This document shows positions 20,208-29,769 of a DNA stretch of 64,000 nucleotides, piece by piece. The DNA comes from an uncultured Bacillota bacterium. GTDB taxonomy: Bacteria; Bacillota_I; Bacilli_A; RFN20; CAG-826. The translations under genes and the position numbers were made by a program. The DNA lies in the NCBI GenBank assembly GCA_949299565.1, contig OX437086.1, positions 880,099 to 944,098 on the forward strand, given 5' to 3'. Each line of letters begins with the position of its first letter. Positions within the stretch are counted from its first letter, which is position 1. The notes under the pieces are model-generated. The model was given only the letters and a program-made list of their open reading frames with translations. It did not search any database and was not told the DNA's origin.

Positions 20208-21614
20208 CTATTTGATTTCATCATGCTTTTGACGGGCGATGTTATATGGGTAACTGCCCGCTCGCGTTTTTCGCCAATCATGCCCTAATGGCAACGCTTC
20301 TTCTTTCTTTTCTAAGAACTTTTCATTCAAAGATTCCTCTTTGATTGGAAAATCATTTATCCGATACTCGATTTTAATTTTTCTGTTCTTCTTCTCTTTT
20401 TTAAACGCTTCTTTAGGGATTGCTCCGCTTTTAATAAGGGCAATCTTTGCTAAGACGGGGCCAGCCATTTCATATAAAACAGAAGAACACAGAATGATTG
20501 ATAAGAACGTATCGCCGATTGATGATGGCAACATCCGCTCCCCTAAAAAAGCTAAACCAATCGCGACGCCTGCTTGAGGCGCTAAAGCAAAACCTAAGTA
20601 AATCCTCGTCTTTTTCTCGCTTTTTGTGATTAAAGCGCCTAAATATGCTCCGCCATATTTACCAAGCAAGCGCACGATAAAATATATAACGCCAACAACG
20701 CCGATCGTCATAAAAGAAGAAAAATCCATGTTCATTCCGCTCATAACGAAGAAAAGGAGCATGATGGGCGGACTGAAGTGATCGACATAGTCAAATAACT
20801 TCTCATCCTTCGTAAAATTGGTGTAACTTGCCCCGAAAACCATGCAAGACAACAAGGGAGAAATGTCTAAAAGAATGCAGGCTCCGCTGATTAAAGAAAT
20901 AAGGGCGACAGCGATGATTAATCGCGAATTCGCTGAACGTCCTTTAATTAAAAGTTTTAAGAGAAAGCCAGCTAAGAAGCCTAAGGCCACAAAAGAAAGG
21001 TTATAGATGACTGGGAGAATGATTTCTAAGGCATTGACGTTGCCGCTTTCTAGTCCTTCGACGATAGAAGAAGCAAGAGTAAAAGCCAATAAGCAAACTA
21101 CGTCATCAAGCGCCACTACTTGTAAAAGCGTCTCAACAAATTCGCCTTTCGCCTTATATTGATTGATGGTCATCAATGTCGAAGCCGGCGCAGTGGCCGT
21201 GGCAATAGCCCCTAAAAGCAAGGCAAAATTCCATCCTAGATCTTGAAAGCACAGCCCGATGACAAGCGTCACTAAAACACCCGCCAGAAGCGCTTCTAGT
21301 AAAGTGATGACAATCACCCGTCCGCCCGTCGCCTTCAAAACCTCTTTCTTAAAAAACTTACCAACTCCAAAAGCAATAAAACCCAAAGCCAAATCGCTTA
21401 AAAACGACATTCCGGAGATAATCGTCGGAGAAATTAAATCCAAAACAAATGGTCCGATTAAGATTCCGCTGATGATATAACCCGTTACGTTCGGCAATTT
21501 AATAAGCTTCGTGACTCGCGAAATAAGAAAGCCCGCGAAAAACATAATCGCCAGAGCGATTAAAATCGTCGCTCCTCCAAATCCTTCGTAATATTTATAA
21601 AGATTAAACGGCAT
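20208..21614 (-). CDS. Monovalent cation:proton antiporter (CPA-type, Kef/NhaP-like)
   Basis: Start at MPFNLYKYY with RBS AGGAGA upstream; about 12 predicted TM helices with Gly-rich CPA-like segments. Confidence 0.8.
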   Translation of the reverse strand: MPFNLYKYYEGFGGATILIALAIMFFAGFLISRVTKLIKLPNVTGYIISGILIGPFVLDLISPTIISGMSFLSDLALGFIAFGVGKFFKKEVLKATGGRVIVITLLEALLAGVLVTLVIGLCFQDLGWNFALLLGAIATATAPASTLMTINQYKAKGEFVETLLQVVALDDVVCLLAFTLASSIVEGLESGNVNALEIILPVIYNLSFVALGFLAGFLLKLLIKGRSANSRLIIAVALISLISGACILLDISPLLSCMVFGASYTNFTKDEKLFDYVDHFSPPIMLLFFVMSGMNMDFSSFMTIGVVGVIYFIVRLLGKYGGAYLGALITKSEKKTRIYLGFALAPQAGVAIGLAFLGERMLPSSIGDTFLSIILCSSVLYEMAGPVLAKIALIKSGAIPKEAFKKEKKNRKIKIEYRINDFPIKEESLNEKFLEKKEEALPLGHDWRKTRAGSYPYNIARQKHDEIK

Positions 21615-21736
21615 TTTTCTCTCCTTTCCTTCTTTCTTTTTCTTATAAACTCCCATATCATAATGAAAGTAAAAATAAGTAAACTTAATTATTTAATATG
21701 AATATATAAGTTTTTCTTATAATAGGAGGCAGGATC

Positions 21737-22621
21737 ATGATTGATCAAAAACTCATCACCCTCTTGAAAGTCAACGAACTAGGAAGTTATACAGAGGCCG
21801 CGAAAGAATTAAATCTCACCCAGCCAGCCGTAAGTCTCCACTTAAAGAGCCTAGAAAAGGAAAGTGGTATTAAAATCTTCAACCGGACCTCAAACGGCAT
21901 CAAAGCCACAAAAGAAGGAGAAATTCTCATTAAATACGCGAAAAGGATCGCGTCTCTTTATAAGGAATTAGAGCTCAAATTAAAAGACAATGAAGAAAAC
22001 CAAAGAAGTTATTTGATCGGAATCACTCACACTTCCGAAAGCAATTTGATCATCGAAGTGCTCGCGACTTATGCTTATCTCCACCCGGAAGTCAAAATAA
22101 AAATAAAAACAGATGCCATAAAGAAACTTTATGAGAAACTCTCTTCTTATGAAATTGACTTAGCTTTTATCGACGGGAAACCGAATAAAAAATATTCTTC
22201 AATTCTTTTAGACACCGATACTTTAGTGGCCGTCCTCAATAAAAATAATCCCTTAGCCAAAAAAGGGTTGATCCAAGTTGAAGATTTGAAAAATGAAAAG
22301 ATGATTCTCCGCTCCTCCACTAGCGAAACGCGGAATCTCTTTCAAAGCGCTCTCAATAGCGATGGGCTTTCTCTCGAGGAATTTAATGTGATCATGGAGA
22401 TCGACAATATCGCGACAATCAAAGATCTCATCTCTGAAAATCCTTTTGTGTCCGTTCTCCCGAGAAGCGCTTGCTATGGACATGCTAAAGATTTAGCGAT
22501 CGTCCCGATTGAAAACCTCAACATGAGCCGCGAGGTGAATATCGTGTTCCCAAAGGATTTCTCTGATCGGAGATTCTTAAAAGAAATCACAAGCATCTAT
22601 CATCAAAAGATTGAGAGATAG
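21737..22621 (+). CDS. LysR-family transcriptional regulator
   Basis: N-terminal HTH (GSYTEAAKELNLTQPAVSLHLKSLE) plus substrate-binding domain; divergent from the antiporter gene; RBS AGGAGG; ends with TAG. Confidence 0.9.
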   Translation: MIDQKLITLLKVNELGSYTEAAKELNLTQPAVSLHLKSLEKESGIKIFNRTSNGIKATKEGEILIKYAKRIASLYKELELKLKDNEENQRSYLIGITHTSESNLIIEVLATYAYLHPEVKIKIKTDAIKKLYEKLSSYEIDLAFIDGKPNKKYSSILLDTDTLVAVLNKNNPLAKKGLIQVEDLKNEKMILRSSTSETRNLFQSALNSDGLSLEEFNVIMEIDNIATIKDLISENPFVSVLPRSACYGHAKDLAIVPIENLNMSREVNIVFPKDFSDRRFLKEITSIYHQKIER

Positions 22622-24307
22622 CTATTTAAGGGGTTTCTCGTACAAGGCAAACGTCGTGAGGTTTTTCTCTTTTAAATCTGTGGGATCATAATTTTTGCCG
22701 TTTTCTTGATAAATGTGGAGTCGATAATGCTTTGCCGCTTCTTCATTACAAATCGCGACTAAAATTGTTGAAGAATCAACATTCATCGATGAAACGATTT
22801 TCGCGGCTTCTGAGGTTGAATTGATTTCCTTTTTTAAGCGTTTCTCCAAGAAAATAGAACATTGTTTAAAAGCTTCGTTTTTCGATAAATAAAGCGTCTC
22901 CTTATCATAGATCATATTTCTATCAAGTTCGCGGTTGCTCGCTAAAACGTATCGAATCGGCTTAACGAGTTGCTCGACTTCCTTAAAAGATGAGAATTCG
23001 TTTTTCGGCTCTAAGTCTTCGTTATTGTTGCTGATTGGCACTAAAGCAAGATCTAGATAGCCGTTTTCCAAATATTTTCGTTCAGTCATGAAATCATCGA
23101 AATAGATTTTCTTGTAATCAGAATATTTAGAGGCAAGTTCTGTCCGAAAGGCCATATCTGTATTCGAATAAGGGTATCCGAAAATGCCAATTATTTTTTG
23201 TCCGGGTTTTCTGATCGAATAGAAGGAAGAAGAATAGTCTAGTAATTTTGCATCTTTCTCGCTGATCCGATAAAAACGGACGCGACCGCTCAATTTAGTG
23301 CCTCTTGAGAAGAACCAGCCATCCATCGTCGTAATCCCGTTTTTCCCGATCTGGCCAATGAATTGACAGTTCCCTTCAGCCCGATCACCGGAATTGTTTG
23401 AAACATTCGAGGAATAATGATAGAAGCCCTTCCCGACCATGTCATGCTCGTCAATCCCGAAAACAAAGGAATCCGCCGAGAAGAAAAGAATATCTTCTCC
23501 AACGAAATGACATTTCATCGAGAGCTGTTTCTTTTTATAAGAAATATCGACAATCCTAAGCCTTAAACCTTTCGGAACATAAGCAAGGCCGTCCTTCCGT
23601 TCTTCAAAAGAATAATAAATCCACTTCCCCGTAATCAACGAGTTGCGGTTATCTTCATCAAAGCCCGTCATCCCCAGCACGAGGTTTAAAACAACAACTA
23701 AGACCGTTCCTACCGCGGAATATATTTCTTCATTGGCCTCCGGCAAAAATTTAAAAAACGAGGAAAGGAATAAAAGAATCGTCAAAGTGATCGAAATTAA
23801 GGCAGAAACCAAACGCACGATGAAAGAGACCGTCACATGCGAACCGAAATAATTTTTGATGCGCATGATCAAAGAACGTCGATAATCATTCAATTTAAAT
23901 AGACGAAACTCGAGCATTTCAAAATCTTCATCATCCTCGTCGTATAAAAAGCTCAAGGCTTCCTCGTTATTCTCTTTCGAGAGAGCGTAATTTGAATAAC
24001 GCGAATTCACGAAACGGCTAAGCTTATCGATTTTTGCAACGAATAAGCCGATTTCGATGATTTGATCGATATTTAAACGGCTGATTAAAGAGAGGAAATC
24101 ATAATTTGGATGATTATCGATGGTTCGCGACGGAAGAAGCAAAAAATCAATCTCGCGTTTTTTTAAGCGCGCGACCATTTCTGATAAAGAAGCACATAAC
24201 ACAAGTTCAACTTCCTGCCCCTCAAAAAGTTTATGATTCATGAGGTTTGAAAGTAACACTTCTTTTTGAAGGGTTTCCGGTGTCTTTAAATATCCGACTT
24301 TCAGCAT
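22622..24307 (-). CDS. Membrane protein built from prephenate-dehydratase (PDT)-like domains, no ACT domain
   Basis: N-terminal about 100 aa resemble the PDT N-subdomain (VGYLKTPETL...ELVLCASLSEMVARLKKREIDFLLLP); two hydrophobic helices in the middle; C-terminal about 250 aa resemble a full PDT domain (IGIFGYPYSNTDMAF...LDLALVPISN...STSEAAKIVSS...NLTTFAL) with TTF where TRF is expected. Confidence 0.65.
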   Translation of the reverse strand: MLKVGYLKTPETLQKEVLLSNLMNHKLFEGQEVELVLCASLSEMVARLKKREIDFLLLPSRTIDNHPNYDFLSLISRLNIDQIIEIGLFVAKIDKLSRFVNSRYSNYALSKENNEEALSFLYDEDDEDFEMLEFRLFKLNDYRRSLIMRIKNYFGSHVTVSFIVRLVSALISITLTILLFLSSFFKFLPEANEEIYSAVGTVLVVVLNLVLGMTGFDEDNRNSLITGKWIYYSFEERKDGLAYVPKGLRLRIVDISYKKKQLSMKCHFVGEDILFFSADSFVFGIDEHDMVGKGFYHYSSNVSNNSGDRAEGNCQFIGQIGKNGITTMDGWFFSRGTKLSGRVRFYRISEKDAKLLDYSSSFYSIRKPGQKIIGIFGYPYSNTDMAFRTELASKYSDYKKIYFDDFMTERKYLENGYLDLALVPISNNNEDLEPKNEFSSFKEVEQLVKPIRYVLASNRELDRNMIYDKETLYLSKNEAFKQCSIFLEKRLKKEINSTSEAAKIVSSMNVDSSTILVAICNEEAAKHYRLHIYQENGKNYDPTDLKEKNLTTFALYEKPLK

Positions 24308-24339
24308 ATTGACATTATATACAAAGAAACTTCTTGTTT

Positions 24340-25008
24340 TTATCTTTTAAGGGTCAGGCGATAACTATTATCGATATAAGAATATATTTCTTCGTTCTTC
24401 ACCGTCCCGTTTAAGAGAACTGTAAACCAGTTCTTTTTATTCATGTGATAGGCTGGGAAATAATTATGATAGTCAAGTAAAGAAGATAAGCGTTCTGGTT
24501 CAATCCGTAAATCTAAAATCTCTAGGTTCTCTTCACCTAAAAGACCGATTTTCTTCTCTTTTACAGTTAATAACGCCGCGTACCACGTCTTTGTGTCCTT
24601 TCGCCTAAAAATTGCATTATTCGGGAACTTCTTCCAAAGATATTCCGGTTCATCGCCATATGTTCTTTTTATGTATTCAATTACGAGTTTTGTTTGTTCG
24701 CCTTTAAAGATTTCAGTCGCACAACAATTATTTATAAAGTTCTCGATTGCTGCGTTATAAGCTTCTCTGATTGAACCGATAAATTCTCCGATTGCTTTAG
24801 AGATTAAATGAAGAACATATTCTTCATTCGTGGCTTTTTCGCTTATCCTTACCCATAATTCATCTCCCTTTAAAACATAAAGTTCAAGAAGAAAACGGCC
24901 CCCTAATATCTCGCTTTTATAGGAATAGACGTTATCTAAATAACTAAAACCAAATGGTATAAGTCTCTCAGTGATTATCTTTTTGTTTATTAAGGGAATT
25001 TGCTTCAT
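24340..25008 (-). CDS. MmcQ/YjbR-family putative DNA-binding protein with N-terminal extension
   Basis: C-terminal half (WYAALLTV...LDLRIEP...PAYHMNKKNWFTV) matches my recollection of MmcQ/YjbR motifs. Confidence 0.6.
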   Translation of the reverse strand: MKQIPLINKKIITERLIPFGFSYLDNVYSYKSEILGGRFLLELYVLKGDELWVRISEKATNEEYVLHLISKAIGEFIGSIREAYNAAIENFINNCCATEIFKGEQTKLVIEYIKRTYGDEPEYLWKKFPNNAIFRRKDTKTWYAALLTVKEKKIGLLGEENLEILDLRIEPERLSSLLDYHNYFPAYHMNKKNWFTVLLNGTVKNEEIYSYIDNSYRLTLKR

Positions 25009-25452
25009 GTTTCTTTATCTTAAACATTAAGCCATAAGAGTTCCTTAATCATCAAAGAAAAAACATTTTGTGCGACTACTTTGTTATTATTCTGAGTTAT
25101 TACACAACAAGATTTAAAAAATGTCGAAAAGAAAAAAGAACTTTAATGCTATAAAAAATTTTTCCATTTTATTTCTCCTAACTCTTTCAATTTTTCAAAA
25201 GCGTTTGCATCTATTATTGTGTCTAACCACGGTCCGTTCCCTCCTTCGTCAAAAATGCCGTTGGTACGAAGGCTATCTAATTAAAGATGGCTGAGAGAAA
25301 TCTTCTATAAGCAATGATTTAGTTCTCAACAAGCATTATTAGTCGAATGCTTTTATTTATGCTTTTTCTTTTTTCATAAAAGTTAAACAACAACTCGATG
25401 TATTGAGCTTTTTAAAGATGACTAATTTTTTGATGAAACTTATTCGCGGTCG

Positions 25453-26247
25453 TCAAATATTGCTGATAATGTTAAATAATAAAACGAAAATCAAAACAAG
25501 AAACACTATGAGGCCAAATAAATAACCCATGGAATATGCTATATCGTTTTTCTTATTATTTTTATAACTCGTTTTTTTGCGTACTATTTTTTTATTTTTG
25601 GGAGATATACTGTTTTTTACAGTACCTTGCGTTTTATTGATATTTTTATGTTCAGACAAACGTTCCCAATGCCGCGCAGGGACGCATTTTTTTAAAGCAT
25701 TATACGCTTCTAGATGTTCATCAACTATTTTTCGACAAGCTATTTGATACCTATTAAAACTGGCCATTGGAATGGTTCCATCATAAAGAGAATCAATATC
25801 ATTAATGATCAAGTCGACGCCATTGTTATACATTCCTGTCTCATATTCTATCTTTAAATGTAAAATAAGATGCTCTAAAAGATTGCAGTAGGTTAAAACG
25901 TCAGGTTGGTGAAAGCTAATATATAACGATGAATAAGGTTTATTTGGACCAACATACAAATTCTCTTGCTTAGATAGTTGCGGGTATTTATTTTCAAGAT
26001 CATGATGAATTGAAAGTCCTTCTAACCCGCGCTTAATCGATTTGTTTTGTTTGAATGTATAATTTTTATCAACAATAAAATAAGAACCACTAACTTTCCC
26101 ATATTTGGTTTTAAGAGCTCTTAAGCATTGCTTATAGTTCAAATCACAATATAAATGCTGGAGAAATCTTTCATCTTTTTGAATTTTTTGATATTCAGCT
26201 TCCCCCAAACTTGAGTTTGCTGATTTAGATTCATTGGTTGATTCCAT
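25453..26247 (-). CDS. Hypothetical tail-anchored membrane protein (island gene)
   Basis: 264 aa; soluble N-terminal domain, Lys-rich linker and a single C-terminal TM helix; AT-rich codon usage like neighbouring island genes. Confidence 0.5.
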   Translation of the reverse strand: MESTNESKSANSSLGEAEYQKIQKDERFLQHLYCDLNYKQCLRALKTKYGKVSGSYFIVDKNYTFKQNKSIKRGLEGLSIHHDLENKYPQLSKQENLYVGPNKPYSSLYISFHQPDVLTYCNLLEHLILHLKIEYETGMYNNGVDLIINDIDSLYDGTIPMASFNRYQIACRKIVDEHLEAYNALKKCVPARHWERLSEHKNINKTQGTVKNSISPKNKKIVRKKTSYKNNKKNDIAYSMGYLFGLIVFLVLIFVLLFNIISNI

Positions 26248-26577
26248 ACTTAAATTATATGCTTAAGTTTTGCACAATAGCTTTTATTAAGAATTACTAT
26301 AAAACCAACTTTATAATATGCAACTAAAGATGCACTGCCATTAATTTCACCATAAAAATTATGACGAATATCAATTCAGAAAACGCAAAATGATTGATAT
26401 CGCTATTGCAGATGATGATAAAGTAGTCGTTCTTTTGTGTTTTTATATGTCTATGACTCAAAATATAGAAAAATTTTAGCTAAGAAAATAATAACAAAAA
26501 CTTTCATTGCCTTGTCACTGAAACTAATATCACCATATTTTTTAGGGAGTAGCACGCGTACAAATATGACGTAAATT

Positions 26578-28440
26578 TTACCTAATTTTTAGCATTTTCT
26601 TTATATGTTCATTCAAAGCTTTATCTTCGCAAAATATATAGCATCCTTTTTGCCCACGCGTTAATAGGGTGCGATAAGTGTTTTTGATGATAATATCGCA
26701 ATCTTTTTCGTGAAGCGGGTTATTCTTGTAGCCCTTTAGTGATTTGTCAGTTTTAGCTCTTGCATCTTTGTTTGTTAAAACATTACCGTGCCTATAGATT
26801 AGGTCTTTTCCAATAATCACACCAACGTGATCAAATTCAAGCCCCTGACACGTGTGAATGCAGCCTATTTGATCAAAAGAGTCCTTATCTATTGCCCAAG
26901 TCTTGGTGTTTGAAAAGTTCCACTGAGCTTTAAAATCGCTCCCTATTTGAATATCAAATTTTGTCAAATCATCACGACTTATCCAATCATAACAATAACC
27001 CGCAACAATTCTAGACTTATTGTTTATCTCGTTTTTCTTTCTCAGCTCTTCCCTCATTGCAGAAGGGCTATCGAAGACCTTTATATCATATTCCTTTCGG
27101 TCGAAACTAACATTCGCTGTAGGCCTAATTTCTAGCAAATTATCTAAAAAAGCTAAGTATGCGTCACTACCATTACATCTAAACTGAGATGTTAGCGTCA
27201 ACTCTTTTCCAAAATAGGCTTTTGAATCTAAAATTTTAGCCCATTTTTTAATTTCGTCTATTGAACCGATATCGCTGGAAGTAATTCTTTGATCCTCGTC
27301 AATAAAAAAGACGCTAACCTTCGCTGCGTTAATTATTTCTTTTATTTGGTTTTCGCCTTTGCCGTTAAAAATAGATTTTTTGTTCAAACGATGAGCTTCA
27401 TCGGCAATGATACAATCGAATTCGTTTTTAGTGGAGTCAACAAAAACACCACTGCCTTTAAATAAATTTTTAATATACGCTTTTTTAAAATCTCCACCTG
27501 CGAGTTTTTTATAATAAACTTCTCGTGGTGCACTATTCTTAGAAGTGTAGATAGCATTAAAACCATCGCGAATTAAACTCGACAGCATCTTGATTGCAAT
27601 CACAGATTTTCCAGTGCCAGGACCGCCTTGAACGATAATGGTATGTTTAGTGTCGGTTTTTAGACTCTCATTAATCGTTTTCAAAATAGTTTCATATGCT
27701 ACCTTTTGCTCATCCAATAGTTTAAAAGAATCATTTCCTTTAATTAACCTTTCGATTTCATCTTGTAAAGCAGTTGATGGTCTAATTTTTCCATTTTCAA
27801 TTTCGTATAAAATTTTTCCATCATCAGGATTAACAACATACTTCTTTATAAAATCAGCCAGTTTTTTTCGATCCCTTTGTAGAAAAAGCGGAGCCTCTTT
27901 TATTATAGTTCGATAGCGCTCATCTTCGATTTTATATCGATTTGATTCATTGAAATTATGAAGAAAGGCGCAAGGAATCATTCGAATATTCTTTTTTTGA
28001 ATAGATTCGTTAAAATTCTCGATAGTTTTCGCATAACTATATGCTTGATATGATGGGTGTGCCTCTTCTCTATATGCTCTTGCGACATAGGTTATTACTA
28101 TATCCTTCTTGTCGCTTAGTTCTATATCTTCCCATTGCTTAAGTTCTATGATGACTGCGTTGCTTTTGCCGTGATCGTCTCTACCTGTGATTATAAAATC
28201 AATTCTTTTCGATGTTAGAGGAATTTGAAGTTCTATTGCGACGTTTAAATTTCTATTTATTCCAAAAGATTCATCAAAAACTCCATCAATCTGCGGCAAC
28301 GAGTTCTCAAAGGCACGATGTTCCCTTGGATTATTATGCGTGAGTCCTTGCTTGCGAAACCCATCCTCGATTCGATCAGCAATGACGCCATTTATAATGT
28401 CTTCATGAAATTTGCTTACGATGCTAGAGTAGATTATCAT
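26578..28440 (-). CDS. PD-(D/E)xK nuclease-like N-terminal domain fused to a DUF2075/SF1-helicase-like P-loop ATPase
   Basis: N-terminal IDFIITG ... AVIIELKQW (D ... E-x-K); Walker A VQGGPGTGKSV; Walker B/DEAH-like CIIADEAHRL; motifs SQFRCNG and CQGLEFDHVGVIIG; start ATG overlaps the MazG-like stop (ATGA). Confidence 0.8.
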   Translation of the reverse strand: MIIYSSIVSKFHEDIINGVIADRIEDGFRKQGLTHNNPREHRAFENSLPQIDGVFDESFGINRNLNVAIELQIPLTSKRIDFIITGRDDHGKSNAVIIELKQWEDIELSDKKDIVITYVARAYREEAHPSYQAYSYAKTIENFNESIQKKNIRMIPCAFLHNFNESNRYKIEDERYRTIIKEAPLFLQRDRKKLADFIKKYVVNPDDGKILYEIENGKIRPSTALQDEIERLIKGNDSFKLLDEQKVAYETILKTINESLKTDTKHTIIVQGGPGTGKSVIAIKMLSSLIRDGFNAIYTSKNSAPREVYYKKLAGGDFKKAYIKNLFKGSGVFVDSTKNEFDCIIADEAHRLNKKSIFNGKGENQIKEIINAAKVSVFFIDEDQRITSSDIGSIDEIKKWAKILDSKAYFGKELTLTSQFRCNGSDAYLAFLDNLLEIRPTANVSFDRKEYDIKVFDSPSAMREELRKKNEINNKSRIVAGYCYDWISRDDLTKFDIQIGSDFKAQWNFSNTKTWAIDKDSFDQIGCIHTCQGLEFDHVGVIIGKDLIYRHGNVLTNKDARAKTDKSLKGYKNNPLHEKDCDIIIKNTYRTLLTRGQKGCYIFCEDKALNEHIKKMLKIR

Positions 28441-28763
28441 AACTTATCATATTTAAGAGATTTTGATTTGCATTTTTCAATAGGATATTTTCTTTTCGTT
28501 TTTTCAAGTTTATCTAAAACAATTTTATTGATATCAAGATTCAAGACTTGCGCCATTTGAATACAATAATTAATTACATCGGCAAGCTCGTCTTTTACAT
28601 CATTTGAGTTGAAGTTTTTCTCATCCCATTGAAAACACTCAAGAAGTTCGTTGGCTTCAATGGAAATAGATTTAGCTAAATTAGCGGGTGTATGAAATTT
28701 GTTCCAATCTCTCTCGTCAACGAATTTTTTAATTTCCGCTTGCAATAAATCTAGTTTATCCAT
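28437..28763 (-). CDS. MazG-like nucleoside-triphosphate pyrophosphohydrolase (small all-alpha type)
   Basis: 108 aa with the EExxE-type metal-binding segment (SIEANELLECFQWDE, DELADV); translationally coupled to the nuclease-helicase gene. Confidence 0.75.
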   Translation of the reverse strand: MDKLDLLQAEIKKFVDERDWNKFHTPANLAKSISIEANELLECFQWDEKNFNSNDVKDELADVINYCIQMAQVLNLDINKIVLDKLEKTKRKYPIEKCKSKSLKYDKL

Positions 28764-28858
28764 GATTTTATTTTATCATTGTTAAAGATTAAAAAACTAA
28801 AGAAATGTTCGGCACTGCTTTTCAGTATCGGAGTATCAAAATAACCACTTCAATATTG

Positions 28859-28879
28859 CTTAACTTTTTAAAAGTTAAG
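28859..28879 (-). promoter_or_regulatory. 21-bp near-perfect palindrome upstream of the MazG-like/nuclease-helicase operon (candidate operator)
   Basis: CTTAAC-TTTTTAAAA-GTTAAG, about 100 nt upstream of the MazG-like start; AT-rich, so not a convincing terminator. Confidence 0.3.
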
Positions 28880-29088
28880 AAGCTACATGGTACTAGAATC
28901 GCCTCACATTCTTGTCTGAATCATTTGCATAGCCGTAACATCTGCCGTCGAAATGCTCAAATTGTTCCAAATCATGAGTAACCTCAATACCCTCTAGCAA
29001 AGAAGGCAACAAACCAAAGCAAACAACCCTGTTGCAATAAGTTTGGCAGCTAACAACAAAAAACTCAGTCCTATAACTCAGTAATCGA

Positions 29089-29769
29089 TTATTCAACCAT
29101 AAGAGTTCCAATGAATTGACCAACATTTGACCCTAGTTCTTCTTTAAGATCATATAAATCTTCACAAAATTCTTGTTCATTCTTGATTGCAATTTTAATT
29201 TTGTCTTTATAAATTGCGAAGTCCAAATTGCGCTTATTGTGATGGAAAAAATTTTCAACCTGTAATTCTAAGTATCTTTTAGAATTCTCTTTACAATTTT
29301 CAAGCATCTTTTTCCTATCTAAATTGAAAATTTTATCGTCATGCATTAACAAAAATAATTCAAATGTCGGATTTGAAATACAAAGCTTGTATCCTTTTTC
29401 ACAACATAATTTTAAATAAGTATCATATTGCTCCGATTTAAAATTCTGAGGATCACGATCAAAAACGAATACTGCAATATCAACATCCTTATCATAATTA
29501 ATTTTGCCTTCTTTTACTGAGTCCTCAAAATTATTGATTTTACGTTTTAAATGACTTTGACCAACTTCGTCTTCCTCGTTTTCAATAATAGTAAGCTTTA
29601 TAAGTTTGTTTAGATGAAGACATTCGCTATTGTTTTTTAAGCCTTCAAAATATCTTATTTCAGTTACATCGCCCTCCGAAACAATAAAACAGAATTTATT
29701 AAACTCTCTATTATTTCTTTTTCTATCATAATTACTTTTGCTGCCAAGTTCTCTCATCAAACACCTCAT
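29089..29769 (-). CDS. RloB-like protein (AbiLii-like partner of the upstream ATPase)
   Basis: Motifs CFIVSEGDVTEIRYF and CISNPTFELFLLMH match my recollection of the RloB family; start overlaps the ATPase stop (TAATG). Confidence 0.7.
   Translation of the reverse strand: MRCLMRELGSKSNYDRKRNNREFNKFCFIVSEGDVTEIRYFEGLKNNSECLHLNKLIKLTIIENEEDEVGQSHLKRKINNFEDSVKEGKINYDKDVDIAVFVFDRDPQNFKSEQYDTYLKLCCEKGYKLCISNPTFELFLLMHDDKIFNLDRKKMLENCKENSKRYLELQVENFFHHNKRNLDFAIYKDKIKIAIKNEQEFCEDLYDLKEELGSNVGQFIGTLMVE

Noticed and set aside
25265-25300. Weak resemblance of AAGATGGCTGAGAGAAATC to the 3' end region of tRNA-Trp (AAGATGGCAGGGGCTGAAGGAATC) as a possible distal att repeat
   Set aside because: Only 8 contiguous matching bases, the rest needing gaps; not distinguishable from chance by eye.
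28893-29126. 77-aa minus-strand ORF between the RloB-like and MazG-like genes
   Set aside because: Overlaps the 3' end of the RloB-like gene, has no RBS I could find and no recognisable family; possibly a remnant, left uncalled.
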